A DNA stretch of 64,000 nt from Prorocentrum cordatum. Lineage: Eukaryota. The translations under genes were made by a program, and so were the position numbers. Positions 16,706 through 29,316 of the stretch are shown piece after piece. The stretch spans positions 434,001-498,000 of the forward strand of contig CAUYUJ010000248.1 in NCBI GenBank assembly GCA_963575745.1. The letters run 5' to 3'. The notes under the pieces are model-generated. The model ran no database searches. It was given only the letters and a program-made list of their open reading frames with translations, and was not told the DNA's origin. How positions within the stretch are numbered: position 1 is the stretch's first letter; each line of letters opens with the position of its first letter.

Positions 16706-19700
16706 ATGGTCCCCAGCCAATCGGAGGGAGGGGCTGATCCCCTCAACACTGTGATACACACCGAACGTGCGACCTTCCGTCGCTACCCTGGACTTGAGAT
16801 CGACGGACGCGCAGCGGTAGACGGGGTTGATACGTTCAGCCCTCCGCTTCATACTGACAGCGCGACCTTCCGTCGCCATCCTGAAGGTAATAATGTCAGA
16901 CATGAGGCCCTCCCGCCCAGCTACCCTTCCCTTACCCCCACTCTTCCTCTGCCCACGGCTGGACGCCCAATCTCCTTTTCTCCAGGCAGCGCTGGGCACA
17001 GCGGGACCGCCCATGGCGATGCTAGGCTCACGGGGGCCGACGGGCCCACTCCTGAAGCAGTTTATTATCCCACGAACCCCCCTCCTCTCGGACAGTCTCG
17101 CGACGAGCCGGGAGTTGCCCTCGGCTCCCGACGCAGGGACCTCGATGGCGTGGATGGGGACTGTATGGACCCGACACCCCCAGCAAGCGCCCATGAAGGC
17201 GAAGTGGGGGGAGACGGGCAGTCACGTCGCCTCGGCCCCGTCGCGCATCCTAGGGGCTCTTGCCCTCACTCCGCCGTGCCCCCCTCTCTGGACGCGGCCG
17301 CCCCGAGTGAGGCTGCTCCCCACAACGGTTCGAGCATGGAAGACATGTCCTCAGGTTGCTGCGCGCACATCGATGCTGACACCACTCCAGGCCGCCTTCA
17401 GGAGCCTGACAGCGGCAGGCGTAGCATTGAAGGAGGGGGTAGTGCGGCCATCCCCACAATTCACACAGAACGCGCGGCCTTCCGTCGCTACCCTGGAACG
17501 GACTGCGACGGGCAGAGGAACGCCCGCGATGTTCAGCCCAGGGAACGGTGTGTAGGGGAAGAATGCACCAGGGAGCTGACCCCTGCGGGGGATGGTCGTG
17601 GCAACGTTGGCAGAGGACAACCCGACGCTGCGACCTTCCGTCGCTCCCATGGGCGCGATGACCTTGGGCACGAAGCCCTCCTGTCTAACCCAACCGCCTC
17701 TCTCACCCCCGCCGCTCCCATGCCCGCTGCAGGACGTCCAACTTCCCTCGCTCCAGGCGCTGTCGGTGAAACGACCCCAGGCGTCACCAGGGCTACGGGG
17801 GGAGAGGGCCCCGCTTCGGCACAAAACTCCCCCGCGGATCCAGTCTCGCTTAGGACAACCGACGAGGAACAGACAAACATCCGCCGCGGTCTTCCCAGGG
17901 GACAGGTTGACTCGGATGTTGCGCTCAGGGAGCTGATATCCTCAGGGGACGCTCACGAGGGCATAGGCAACAGGAGCGGGCAAGCCGCTGCCCGCAGCCC
18001 CTGCACGCCCCATCAAGGCTCACGCCAACCCACCGCCGACCCCCCCCCCTGGGCGTGCCCGCGCTGGGTGAGGCCGTCCCCGCTGGCGAGCTAAGCGGTG
18101 GAGCCACGCCTTCCACCTGTGAAGGGCATCCCGCCACCGACGCAGCATCCGACCGCTCCCGTGCACCCGAGAGCGGCAGGCATAATGTTGGAGAAGGGGG
18201 GGATGCAGACATTCCTGATATACACCCAAACCGTGCGACCTTCCGTCGCTACCCTGGAGCGGATGGCGGAAGGCTGGACGAGGCCCAAGGCGTTCGACCC
18301 AGGGAACAGTCGGACGGGGGAGCTAGGACCAGGGACCCTACCCCCACGGGGGTTGGACGGGGGTGCGGTGGTTATGTGCACCCCAGCGCTGCCGCCTCCA
18401 GTCGACCCACTGGAGACGAGAGCGCTAGGCACCACACTTAAGGAGTGGACGAGGCTCTCCCCCCCGCGATACACACAGAACGTGCGACCTTCCGTCGCTA
18501 CCCTGGACCGGACGACGGCGCGCAGAGAGAGGCGCACGGCGTTCAACCCAGGGATCGTTGGCAGAGGGAAGACATGACCTGTGACCCAGCCCCCACAGAG
18601 GCGGGACGGGACAGCGTCGTCAGTATACACGCTGATACCGCGGCCTCCCGGTGCCTCCCAGGAGCAGGCCACGGGCCGTGCCTCGCGCTTGAGGGAGGGG
18701 TGCGAGAGTCGGGGGTCCCCGGCTCCAGTGATCGCAGGGAGGCGCCCTCCTCCACAGGGATGATCGATCGCCTTTGTCTCGCCATGGGTTTGGCCGTTGG
18801 AAGGCCTGACGGGCCTCCTCGTTCGCCCAGCACCCCCAGGGTTGCTCCCGATCCCGCGGTCGGGGCCGCTCCTCATGTCGATCCGATCGATCGGGCAAGG
18901 TCTCCGATCCCGGCGGGTGGATCTCCTCGTGCCTTTCCTCCCTCGTCCACCAGCTCTTCCCCCGACTTCTCCCCTCCCGACCTGCCCCCTGGGCTCGAGT
19001 TTCTTAACACTGCGCTCGGTGGATGCCGTCGTGGACCTGACTCCTCGTCACAGGGCAGAGAGCGGGGGCCTCTCCTTTGGACGGACAGCGGCGCGCCCCT
19101 CGAGGTCAGCCACACGGCACACAGGGGCCCCGTCCTCACGGACCCCCCCTCCTACCCATCTCCAGATCTCGCCCTGGAAGATGATCTGCGAATGGAGAAC
19201 CCGCCCACCCCCTCAGACCTTGACGACCCCAGCCAAGCGCTGAGGAGCAGGGGGCAAAGCGCTGCGGACCTCCACGCACGGTGGCTGGACGCCACTGGGC
19301 ACACGAATGCTGACTGGGCGGCCAGCCGGGAGGCGGACGGACCCATCTGTGGCCCGCGCGTTGCAGACGCCAGGATCTCTGGCAGGGGGGGCACCATGAG
19401 GGCCCTACGCCGGCACCTTGTGCACACTGAGGGGCCATGGCGCGAGGTCCCCAACCGCGGAGCGCCGAGAACATCTCGTGAGACCAGCAACCTGGAGCTC
19501 CTCATACACCACGCGTGGAGGAGGCACCGCCCAGGCCACCCAGGCATACGAGCTGACAGCCCCATGCGCACGGCTCCTGTAGAACCAGCCCTCCCTGGAC
19601 GTTACTCCGAGGTCGCCACTTCAGCCCCAATTCTCGCTATCCTGGACCACACCTGGCTGGTATGGTCCATCACTGGAGGAGACTATGAAGGGCGTCTGGG

Positions 19701-21168
19701 AGGCGTTCAACCGGACCCAGTCCAGGTCCTCGCCTTCCGCTTTGCGAGCATTACTCATGATCTCAGTATAAGGAGTGAAAGAATGGACGCAGCCAACCCC
19801 TCTGTGACTGAGAGGCAACTAGCACGGCTCGAGTACGTTGCCATGGCCGCAGCTGCACACTACTGCGACATAGGAATGGAGCTCCCGAACGGATATGACA
19901 CATATAGGATGCTCATGCCCACCAGATCCCCTGAGGACTCTGCCCCCCTGCACATCGGTGGCCCCAACCGAGCAGACGGGACGCAGGACCCCATGGATGA
20001 CGAGGTCATGGGTTGCGCCCATCGAGTCCTGATTCACGAGCGCAGGCAAAACATAGTCCACTTTCCGGACCACGGGGACGTCAGGCAGTGGGCCATCACG
20101 AGAGGGAACCTCGAGCGTATGGGAAGTGACGTGCACTCGAGACGACAAGCAGGTAGAGGCCCAGTCCCATGGGTAGAGGCCGCCCTCTCGGGGATACCCG
20201 CCAGCTCCGCGGGCATCCCTGGAGTCCCCATCCAAGGAAGCGACAGTAGCGACGACGCTTGGCCATGGTCCACCACAGCTCACGGACTGCGGCTGCGGGA
20301 TTTTTTCTGCCCAGGAGAGAGATGTAATTTCTGTGGCACCTGGATGCTCCGAGACCCCACAGGACAAACCTGTATCACTTGCCACAGACTGGCCAGCCCC
20401 TGGAGTTACAACCCAGAGGAGCCGCGAGCAGACGCCTCACCTCAGAGTCACCCAGGAGCAGACCTCGGCAAGCCACCCAACAGGCACACCCTCGACCTCC
20501 TGGGCGGGACTCTGCTGATGCAGCTCGTCAAAGCGGGCATGCGATACGCCCCAATCGCCGAGCACTTGTGCTCCCCCACACCGCCTGGCCCCTCCGACTT
20601 CACCCCAACGTGGCTTGTGGGTGAACTCCTGGGAGCCTGGAGGCATATGGTGGCCCACGCTGCAGGCCTACCTGAAATCTGGTCATACGAAAACTCAGGA
20701 GGCCTCGAAGAGGTCGGGAGCGATTGGAAACTCCGCACAGCGTCGATCTCGCTGGCTTTACTTTGCTCAGCGCCAGGCTCCTGGGCCTTAAACGTCTGCC
20801 AGGAAATTCGGCACATCATCAGGACCCACCCCCATGGTCGGCTCGATGGGTGGTTCCCTCCCTCTCTCTACCACGGCGGCACAGACACTCACCCACAAAC
20901 ATACCAGAGGCCCCCACTACCCAGCAGAACAACTACATCCGTTCCCATTGGACCGAACACTCGGGTGCACCTGGACGACCTCTGCTGGCTAAGATACACC
21001 ATCGGCGGGGACCACCTTGACCGCGCTATAAGCGACGCACGTGATCACACCGATCTCAGCAGACGCTGGTGGCACAATAGAGACAGCCCCCACTCTCAAA
21101 CAGCAGAAGTACTGAGAAGGGCGCTGCAAGCAGCCGCACGCACTGACTGGCGCCCAATACATCCCTAA
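16706..21168 (+). pseudogene. N-terminal region of the element polyprotein, unknown function (ORFs 16706-18094, 18055-18441, 18445-21168)
   Basis: The HTERATFRRYPG repeat is shared by all three ORFs, which are joined by a frameshift at a C10 run (18040-18049) and an in-frame TAA (18439). A CNFC...CITC motif lies near 20324-20387. Confidence 0.6.
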
Positions 21169-21346
21169 ATGGGGCAGGGTACCCCCATGGGAAACCTCGT
21201 CACGGACGCCGTCATCAGACGACTGGAGGCAGACAGCAGGGGGCAGGACCAAGAGCGTTTTGGGCATCCTAGCGAAGGGCGCGCCCCCATGGACGTGGAC
21301 AACCCTTGCAACGGCAGGGACAGCCACGCGGGCTTAGAAGGGGTAG

Positions 21347-24300
21347 TTGCCAGGCCTCCCCAAAGACCCCCCCCCAGTCCTGGAGGAGGGGCTTTCTCAA
21401 GCAGAGCGGTCGCAGCGGGACGCATTCATCGAGGAGGTGAGGAGAATCAGGGCGAGGGCCGCAAGCAACTCCGTCACCCCTGGCATGCGTTGGAGCAGTA
21501 TCTTGGTCCCCTTCATATGGGGCACAGCCACTAACAGAGGTCGAAACGTCCTCGAACTAGCCTTCAGGAGCAGCAACCTCAGCACCGCTATTATCGAACA
21601 TGCAGCAGCCTGGTGGAGAGCACGAGGAGTCAGCTCCTACAGGGATGCCCAGTTAGCACTCGCATCCGAAGCAGATATGGCGTCCAGGGCAGCTGGTGCC
21701 TCGCTCGAGGCCCCCGAGGTAGGCGGCTACATCGCACCCCAGCTCCAGGAGCGAATGATGCTGCACCTGGATGCAAGCGGCTTCCTTCAGACTGCCATCC
21801 TGTCTGGGGATCGGCAGGCGGTGGAGGCTGGAGCGAGGGTTCGGGCTCAAATGGCCAGTACCGGACCGAGGTCAAACCCAAGGAACAGCGGGCCCGCGAG
21901 CGAAGGCAGACCACGCCCTGGAGTAGAAACCGAAACTGTGGAAGCCGCAAGCACAACCACGCCATCGCACGCGGATATAAGACAGATGCTCAACCGGGCA
22001 AGCTTCGCTACTCCCCAGGGCAGGTTACCGGCTGGCAGTACCAGAGAAGGGCTCCTGGACGGACTCATACGCACTCTCGACGCCAGGCAGCGGGATGAAG
22101 AGGAGGCAGGCAGAGGTACCATGCCGGCCCCCGGAGAAAGGACCTCTGTCAATGGAGACCAGGCACAGTGCCTCGCACAAAGCATGCTCCTGGAACACAG
22201 GGTAGATCGACAACCGGGTCCCTGGATCTCTAGAGCCCTGTGGCTCTGCCTGGCCCCACACTACTTCCCCCTCCTCAAGCCAGTGCTGACTGCGCGGGCC
22301 CTGGACTCCCGACCCTACGACGTTCTCTACCGCTGGATGACCAGGAATGAGGTGCACACGCAGGAAGACCTCGTGGCCTGCCTTCGGAGGGACTTCCCGG
22401 ATGCCGATCTAGCTCCATACTCCGACCTCAGCAACTCACAAATCCAGGCCCTTATATCCCATCTCAGTGAAGGAGCTAGTCTGACGCACCTCGACGCCAG
22501 TGTGTCCGCCAGAGCCCTCATCGAGAGCCTGGGGGATGGCTTATCCCAACTTAGCCACCCTCCTGGGGACAGTGTCAGGCCCCCTCCGGAAAGCATGGAC
22601 GCCGTGGAAGTTCCTCCTTGGGACCGGGAGGTAGGAACCCCTCGATGCATGATCTGCTGCGAGGACATCTTAGGTTTCGCGGAAGCCCTGGTACCATGCG
22701 GCCACCTGTATCACGCCGAATGCCTGAAACAGTGGAGGATTAGCCAATCAGCGCAAGCCCTGTCCTACGGAAGATGCTTCCCAGTTAACTGTCCCATATG
22801 CCGCTCCGTCGATAGGGGCAGCGTCGCCGTAAGGATTCCAGACCGACCACGAGATGCCGACGCCGCGGACATTGCGGTACCACCAGACCTCCTACAGCTC
22901 CGCGACGGGACCCTTCTCCCACTGCAGCCCTTCCTGAGCCTGCAAGAGTTAGCCGATGCCTTCAGGCACCTGGCCCCAGATCTGGACTGCCTCAGAGCAC
23001 AAACACTCTCCATCCGACGTCCCCACACATACGTCACACTTTCAGACATGCGCAGAATCCACGCGCACGTTACCGAGAGGAGAACCGCGCAGGAGGCACG
23101 TCATGCCCCGATGGAAGTGGATGGGACCCCACCTGACGGCGGGAACGGTGGAAGCGGCATGGACTCCGACGACACCCACAACAGCACGCAGGGACCTGGG
23201 ACCTCGCCTCCGCAGCGACCCCCTGGTCCCACCAACAGGGCAGATAGGAGACGGCAAGCCCCGCGAATCACTTTCGGAAGATGGGCACTGCTACTGGGAC
23301 GGAACCCCCCAGAGGATGAACCCATGAGGAGGGGACCTGGGCGGTTCCCGGTAGGGCTGCTCACCGCGGCCGTCCGAGACATTGCAGCCGATCTGGTAAT
23401 TTCCAGAAGCACCTACCTCGGCGAACGTGTAGCGGATGAGACTGGAGTCACCTTTGCCCTCGCAGGCCCAGACGCCTGGGAGCAGATCAAAGCAGTAGTC
23501 TCGGAGCGCAGGAACCAGCCTCACGGGAGCGCCGCCCCAACAATCCTTGTGGTAGATGCCCTAGCTCAACACATGGATGCCGCCCTGACGGCAGCTGCCG
23601 CCGCGGGCAGCCCATGCTGTCTCGTCGCCCTGGCCACCGAGGGAGTGCCGTCACCTGGAGGACCGGATCCGGTCGAGCTCGCAGCCCTGGCAAACGCGCA
23701 GTGGGGATACCGAGCCGCCAGCAAAATTACCCATCTCGTGCCGATTGGACACCCCAACCGAACAGGCAAGCCCAGCCCACCAATGCAGCAACTCTTCGCC
23801 GCTCAGTTCGACCTAGAGGGCAGGACACTGCGCACGATCCTACCCCCGTCAATAGTTGTGCACTGGGGTGGAAGGAATGGGGACACCTCTGATGCGCTGC
23901 ACATCCTAACCCCTGAGAGCGGCAATGACGGCGTCGTTGCGCAGATCATGAGGTGGAGGGATGAACTAGGGCGATCCCACAACGGGATGATCGCAGCCGA
24001 CTGGGTCACCACGAGAGTGCAACTCCCCCGGGACGAGCTCCTGAGATGCCAGGGACTCGAGATGTTCTTCCACCACGTTCTCCGCTGCAGAGCAGCGAGA
24101 CCCACGAGCTGTGAGGACGGCATACGTGCCCCCCTGGATAATCTGCAGGCGGCAGCTCAAACCACCATGCTGGCCTACCAGACGGCATGCGCCCGGAGAA
24201 CACACGAGACAAGTGACTCTGTACACATCCCAGTTCCCCCCAGAGCGATCTGCATAGCCCACTCTGTAGCCTCCACAACAGCTGGAGCTATGGGACACAG

Positions 24301-26410
24301 AGTCGGAATTTGCTGGACGGGGCTTCTCCTGATCTCCACTCCAGAACGGATTGCCACCCCCGTCTTGAGGCACCTCCGAGACGAGCTACCGCGAGTCTTT
24401 GGGGACGCCTCCTCCTCCATGGCACTAGGACCGCGCCGCATCCTCCTGGAAGGACCGTGGGATGGAGGACCCTCATTGGTGCGCCTCTCTGACCCCGAGG
24501 ACGGCTTCCACCTAAGATGGAATCTCGCTGACATGGGACAAACACGGCCTGAGGACGTCCTGCAAGCCGTAGAGGCCACGGTTGGTCCTGGCACAGTCGA
24601 ACAGGTTTCCACCGTATACGCCTGGTTCCCAGACGTCTCTGACTACAGATACATGACGCAAGTTCGCATACGCTTAGCTGCGGCCGACGCCATGGCAGCA
24701 GCCCTCGTGGGCACCAGTTGTATTGTGATCGGAGCCCAGACTGTCAGGATCTTCCCCGCCACACCTAGCAGCGACCCCATGCACAGAGCGGCTGCGACAT
24801 CCAGGGAACTGCAAGAGAATGTGGACGCGCTGGCCAGCATCTCTGTACGACAGGCCCCCAGACGCGCCATTCAGCCCCAAGTCCTCGAGATCACCACTCT
24901 CGACAGGCACGGGACGCAGCTGGGAGAAATTCGCCCACGCAGCATGCGCCCTGACGCTTGGCTCCCTGGACACAGTACGCTTCGGCTCTTCTCTGCATCG
25001 GTCGGCTCAGCGAACGCCCAGCTACTAACTCGACTCTGGCCACTCCCGGATGGCCCGGACGGTACCTCACACCCAGCCAACACAAGAGCTGCCCCACCTA
25101 TCATCACGGGGGACTGGCTCCGAGATAACGCCAGGGCGATGAGCAGGAGCGCGCCCAATACGGTACCTAGCATGTCGCAGGGAAGTGGCCTACGGGACTA
25201 CGAAACCGCCCTACAGCCCGGAGAATACTTACTCGCCGCAATAGCGGCTGGCGGGGCCGTTGAGGTCACCACTAGCGGTGAGGCAGGTTTCCTTTTCACT
25301 TCGGTCCCCACCTGGGCGACGGTGCTCCTCCCTGCGGACGCGGACACCAGGGCAGCCACGAGGGGTGCTGACAGACCACAAGCGAGACTCAAACTTCAGC
25401 TTGCCGCGGGCCCCATCCACGTTGCACGCCTGGACTCTGCCCCCGCAGCCACACCAACTCCCGCTTCAGTGGGGCTGAGGGTCCACGCTCCCGCCCAACA
25501 GCCACTTCCTAGACGTACCTCGGCTTCACTCAACCCACTCCCTGGACCCGCCAGACCCACTCACTTTCCGGAGCTCGCCGAGGTACTAGTGCGTGCGTGC
25601 AGGCCGCCCCCGGCCGAACTGGTAAGAGCCGATGAAGATGCGGTCCGCATCGCGCGGGGGATGTTGGGTAGATACGCTGCCGTGGTCCCGGAACAAGCAG
25701 TGCTCGACATGGCGCGCGGCGTCCAACGCCGGATTGCCTTCGAAATCCGCAGACAGTTCGAGGGCCGGCCCATACAGAGGTACAACTGGGACATGTTCGC
25801 CGCCATCTGGATCCTGCAACTAGCAAAACCGGGGAGCCTGGACCGAGACCACGTTTGGCATTTCATACGAGAGCTCGGGATCCGAGAAGAAGTCACGAGA
25901 CAGCTCCCTTTCACCCAATGGCTCGCGCCTGAGCCTGACGGCACCTACTCAGCCCACCAGCCCTGGCTCGAGGTCCCTGGATCCAGAGGTGCAGACGTTG
26001 ACGCCACCACGGCGCTCCCAGTCCCGGAAGGTGTCTCGAATGCCCTGGACGCCCTGATCAACAGGCTGTCCAACCTACACTGGGAGGAGCGACAGCGCCA
26101 TGACCCCGGGAGAGTCACCCGGGGACGGAGAGGCACCTCACAGACCCCCAGAACCGCCGGAGCGGGAGACAGACCCACGGACAACCCAGGTTCGAGCCAG
26201 CGCAGAAGCCGCAGTCGGGCGAACAATGAGGCGGACGTGGCAGGTATGCAAGCAAGTGACGCCAGACCACCTACTGCGACAGGCCCTAGACCGCCAGCCG
26301 CACCTGCAAGCCCCGGGCTCCCCACGTCGGTGACACCACAGACTTGCGCAAACCCCAGCGGAGGGGCCAACGACAACCCGACACTCACCGCACAGGGAGC
26401 GCAACCTTGA
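21347..26410 (+). CDS. 1687-aa element ORF with a RING-H2 finger (~22646-22804)
   Basis: CMICCEDILGFAEALVPCGHLYHAECLKQW...CPICR has C3H2C3 spacing. The rest is not recognised. Confidence 0.8.
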   Translation: MPGLPKDPPPVLEEGLSQAERSQRDAFIEEVRRIRARAASNSVTPGMRWSSILVPFIWGTATNRGRNVLELAFRSSNLSTAIIEHAAAWWRARGVSSYRDAQLALASEADMASRAAGASLEAPEVGGYIAPQLQERMMLHLDASGFLQTAILSGDRQAVEAGARVRAQMASTGPRSNPRNSGPASEGRPRPGVETETVEAASTTTPSHADIRQMLNRASFATPQGRLPAGSTREGLLDGLIRTLDARQRDEEEAGRGTMPAPGERTSVNGDQAQCLAQSMLLEHRVDRQPGPWISRALWLCLAPHYFPLLKPVLTARALDSRPYDVLYRWMTRNEVHTQEDLVACLRRDFPDADLAPYSDLSNSQIQALISHLSEGASLTHLDASVSARALIESLGDGLSQLSHPPGDSVRPPPESMDAVEVPPWDREVGTPRCMICCEDILGFAEALVPCGHLYHAECLKQWRISQSAQALSYGRCFPVNCPICRSVDRGSVAVRIPDRPRDADAADIAVPPDLLQLRDGTLLPLQPFLSLQELADAFRHLAPDLDCLRAQTLSIRRPHTYVTLSDMRRIHAHVTERRTAQEARHAPMEVDGTPPDGGNGGSGMDSDDTHNSTQGPGTSPPQRPPGPTNRADRRRQAPRITFGRWALLLGRNPPEDEPMRRGPGRFPVGLLTAAVRDIAADLVISRSTYLGERVADETGVTFALAGPDAWEQIKAVVSERRNQPHGSAAPTILVVDALAQHMDAALTAAAAAGSPCCLVALATEGVPSPGGPDPVELAALANAQWGYRAASKITHLVPIGHPNRTGKPSPPMQQLFAAQFDLEGRTLRTILPPSIVVHWGGRNGDTSDALHILTPESGNDGVVAQIMRWRDELGRSHNGMIAADWVTTRVQLPRDELLRCQGLEMFFHHVLRCRAARPTSCEDGIRAPLDNLQAAAQTTMLAYQTACARRTHETSDSVHIPVPPRAICIAHSVASTTAGAMGHRVGICWTGLLLISTPERIATPVLRHLRDELPRVFGDASSSMALGPRRILLEGPWDGGPSLVRLSDPEDGFHLRWNLADMGQTRPEDVLQAVEATVGPGTVEQVSTVYAWFPDVSDYRYMTQVRIRLAAADAMAAALVGTSCIVIGAQTVRIFPATPSSDPMHRAAATSRELQENVDALASISVRQAPRRAIQPQVLEITTLDRHGTQLGEIRPRSMRPDAWLPGHSTLRLFSASVGSANAQLLTRLWPLPDGPDGTSHPANTRAAPPIITGDWLRDNARAMSRSAPNTVPSMSQGSGLRDYETALQPGEYLLAAIAAGGAVEVTTSGEAGFLFTSVPTWATVLLPADADTRAATRGADRPQARLKLQLAAGPIHVARLDSAPAATPTPASVGLRVHAPAQQPLPRRTSASLNPLPGPARPTHFPELAEVLVRACRPPPAELVRADEDAVRIARGMLGRYAAVVPEQAVLDMARGVQRRIAFEIRRQFEGRPIQRYNWDMFAAIWILQLAKPGSLDRDHVWHFIRELGIREEVTRQLPFTQWLAPEPDGTYSAHQPWLEVPGSRGADVDATTALPVPEGVSNALDALINRLSNLHWEERQRHDPGRVTRGRRGTSQTPRTAGAGDRPTDNPGSSQRRSRSRANNEADVAGMQASDARPPTATGPRPPAAPASPGLPTSVTPQTCANPSGGANDNPTLTAQGAQP

Positions 26411-26416
26411 CGGCAG

Positions 26417-29265
26417 ATGGCACCACACGAGCAAAGTACGGCACCACCCTCCGTGGCCAGACCGGTCGGCGAAGGAGTAACGGACGAGGCCGCTACCCGG
26501 GCTGGCAGCACCGTCCAATTCCCACCCCGGACGACCTCTGCGATCCCCGCGACACCCAGAGAGGGACCAGCACGTTCACACGCCCCGGTCTGCGCCGCCA
26601 CGCCGAGCCCGGGCGTAGGCGAAGTCCCCTCCACAGCCTGCAGCGGTGCTGAAGCTGTGAGACGAGATAGTCCTGACCCCGCGGACCCTCCCGAGAGACA
26701 CATCGGCGTGAACACCCCTGGGGGCCCACGGATCTCTCAGGATGAAACAAACACCAACGCTGAGCTGCGCTCGACCCGAGGGTGTGGAGCCGCGACTCTC
26801 GACAGCACAGAGGAGGCTCGGGGCACGGCCCCGGCTGCCAGCACTACGGACGCGGGGGGCGCGGCGTGCAACGAGGACGCACCTCCACGGGTCCCCGCGG
26901 ATCCGGCGACAGTCCAGAGCAGGAGACCGCCGCCGGGCACGGCGCCTAGCACTTGCAACGACCCCCTGGGGCGAGGAGACACACCACGAGCTGGGCCTGA
27001 GCCCCCCCATGCATGGACGCGGACTGGAGACGGGAATATGAAGTCATGGCGCGTACGCTCAGACTGGCGCAGGCGCATGCCCCAGACGGCACAGGCCCCC
27101 CCCCCCTCCGAAGCCGAATGGAACCAAGTGCTCAGTGTGATCGCATGGGCTGCAGCGATACCCCAGCTGGACAAAGCTGTCAGAGACCTTTACCAAGAGC
27201 TTGGACTCGCCACGCGAATCCCAGACGCCTTCGGCGCCTACTGGACTACCCACCCACCTCCGGGTACGCGCAACCCCGCTGGCAGGAGGATAAACTCACG
27301 CCAAGCAGCTCTGACTGCAGACGCGGCCTGCGCTCACTTGAGGCAACTCGCAGGCGGTCCGGCCTCACGCTCGGACAGTGCGTCGACACCAGACGCCCCC
27401 TTTCAGAGCCTGACGCCAGCCATGCTCCGCACCATCCTGCGCGCGGGTGCAGGCCCCCCTTTCTCGGATGATAGGGACCAGGTCCTGAGCGAGACGGTGG
27501 AGGCCTCTCCAAGGAACCTACGCAGTACCGGTAGCACCGCCCGGCGCGCCGGCACTCCCAGACCTGCACGTGCCCCGGCCAGCACTGCCGTGAGCACAGC
27601 CGACGGCGGGCAAATCAGGCGTGCCCGTCATCGAAGTTCGACCGGACCGCGACCGGTAGCGCCCAGCACCCAGCCCCAGACTACCGCCGCTGACAGGGCC
27701 CGTGGGAGTCCGACCCACTGGCCACCCAGAGGCAGGAATGACGGCACGCGCAGGACCACACTACGCGGTGTGACACGACGCAGGGCTGCGGGCAACACAG
27801 ACAGGGAAAGGTCCACCCGACCAGACAGCAGACCTCCCCACCCAAGAACTCTGGTCGACCTTTGGGAACGCTCCCGCCCAGGGGAGGGCCCTCCCACCGG
27901 GGTCGCAGGAAGAGGTACCACAAGGCGGGCGTCCAGACCGGCGAGTGCGGAGGGCGCGCGGATCCGCAGGACGCGGCCCCGTCCCACTGTCTTCCTACCA
28001 GACGAGCCCACGGCCGCCCCCCAGCCTGCCGACATGCTTCAGCAGGTTTGGGAGCGACATAGGGACGGGCGAACTGGCCTCTCCCCCTCCCCAGTCACAC
28101 CTGTTGACACGACGCTTGCTGCGTACCAGGCCGCGGGCCTGGACAATGCACAGATCATCAACACACTAAGGACCCTCCAGCAGGATGGCCTCGTTTCCAG
28201 CGTTTCCCCCGCCGGCACATGGGACATCGCGGGACACCTCAGGCTCCACCCCATCAGCGATCCCAGACATGGGGAGGACTGGACGTATGACTTCACCCAG
28301 CAGACGAGGGCACGCATAGTCAACCCCCGACCTGACCCGAGTGCCACTGTGGGAGCTAGTCTTCATCTTGTATCACTCTTCGATGAATGGGGCCTGGCGA
28401 GACTTGCGGTAGGCGACCTCCTAGCCAAAGTCGCCGCGACTTCTCGGTTCAGATCTTCCGCGTTCGTCGAGTTCAGCGACGAAGCTGCTGCTCGAGTGGA
28501 GAGGCGTTGGGACCGGGACGGTGCCACGCGCTTTGATGGAGGACCCCCGCACATCAGATTGGGAGCTAATGTGGGGGACCTCCTGAGGGAGGACGACGGT
28601 CGGAGTCCCTGGACCGACCACCTCAGAACCCTGGACCCTGGAAGCTTACTCGTCATCACAGCGGGGCTCCCAGGTGCCAGCCTTTCTGCAGCCAGCCAGC
28701 ACGGAGGGCTAGATGGACTTGCGGGTTCCTAGACAGTGCAGTTTTTCGCCGTGCCTCTCCTGTGGAACGCCGCCCGCAGACTCCGCCCGGACGTCCACGT
28801 CATAATATGCTGCGAATGTCCAGCCACCATCCTACAGGCACACAAGCAGGCAATGTGCACTGCACTGGGGGAGCCCCCCCCCCAGACTGGGCGGTCCGCA
28901 TTGATTCTGCGGCCACAGTCGCCAGCCCGAGGGACCGATTGTGGGTCAGTAGCTGCCCTCCCGCGGAGGACCTAGTTACGCACCCTCGGCCCCCCAGTCC
29001 TTGGGAAAGGCAATGGACTTACAGACCTGACGAGCACGTCCCTCCCTGGACCCAGTCCAAGGCTCCTGCCAACGCCCTGGAGGCAATAGTCCCTTGCAGT
29101 TACCAGACACATCCCCTCTGCTTGCTATACAATGGGGACAGCAGCCACAGGTGGCTCCTCCGCACCCTCGTCGACACCAGGATTTGCATCAGGAACATTC
29201 TTCAAGAGACCGGAGCCGAGCGCAACTTCCTGGGCTGCACGGAAGGACTGACGCTCGTCTACCAC

Positions 29266-29316
<51 letters not shown>

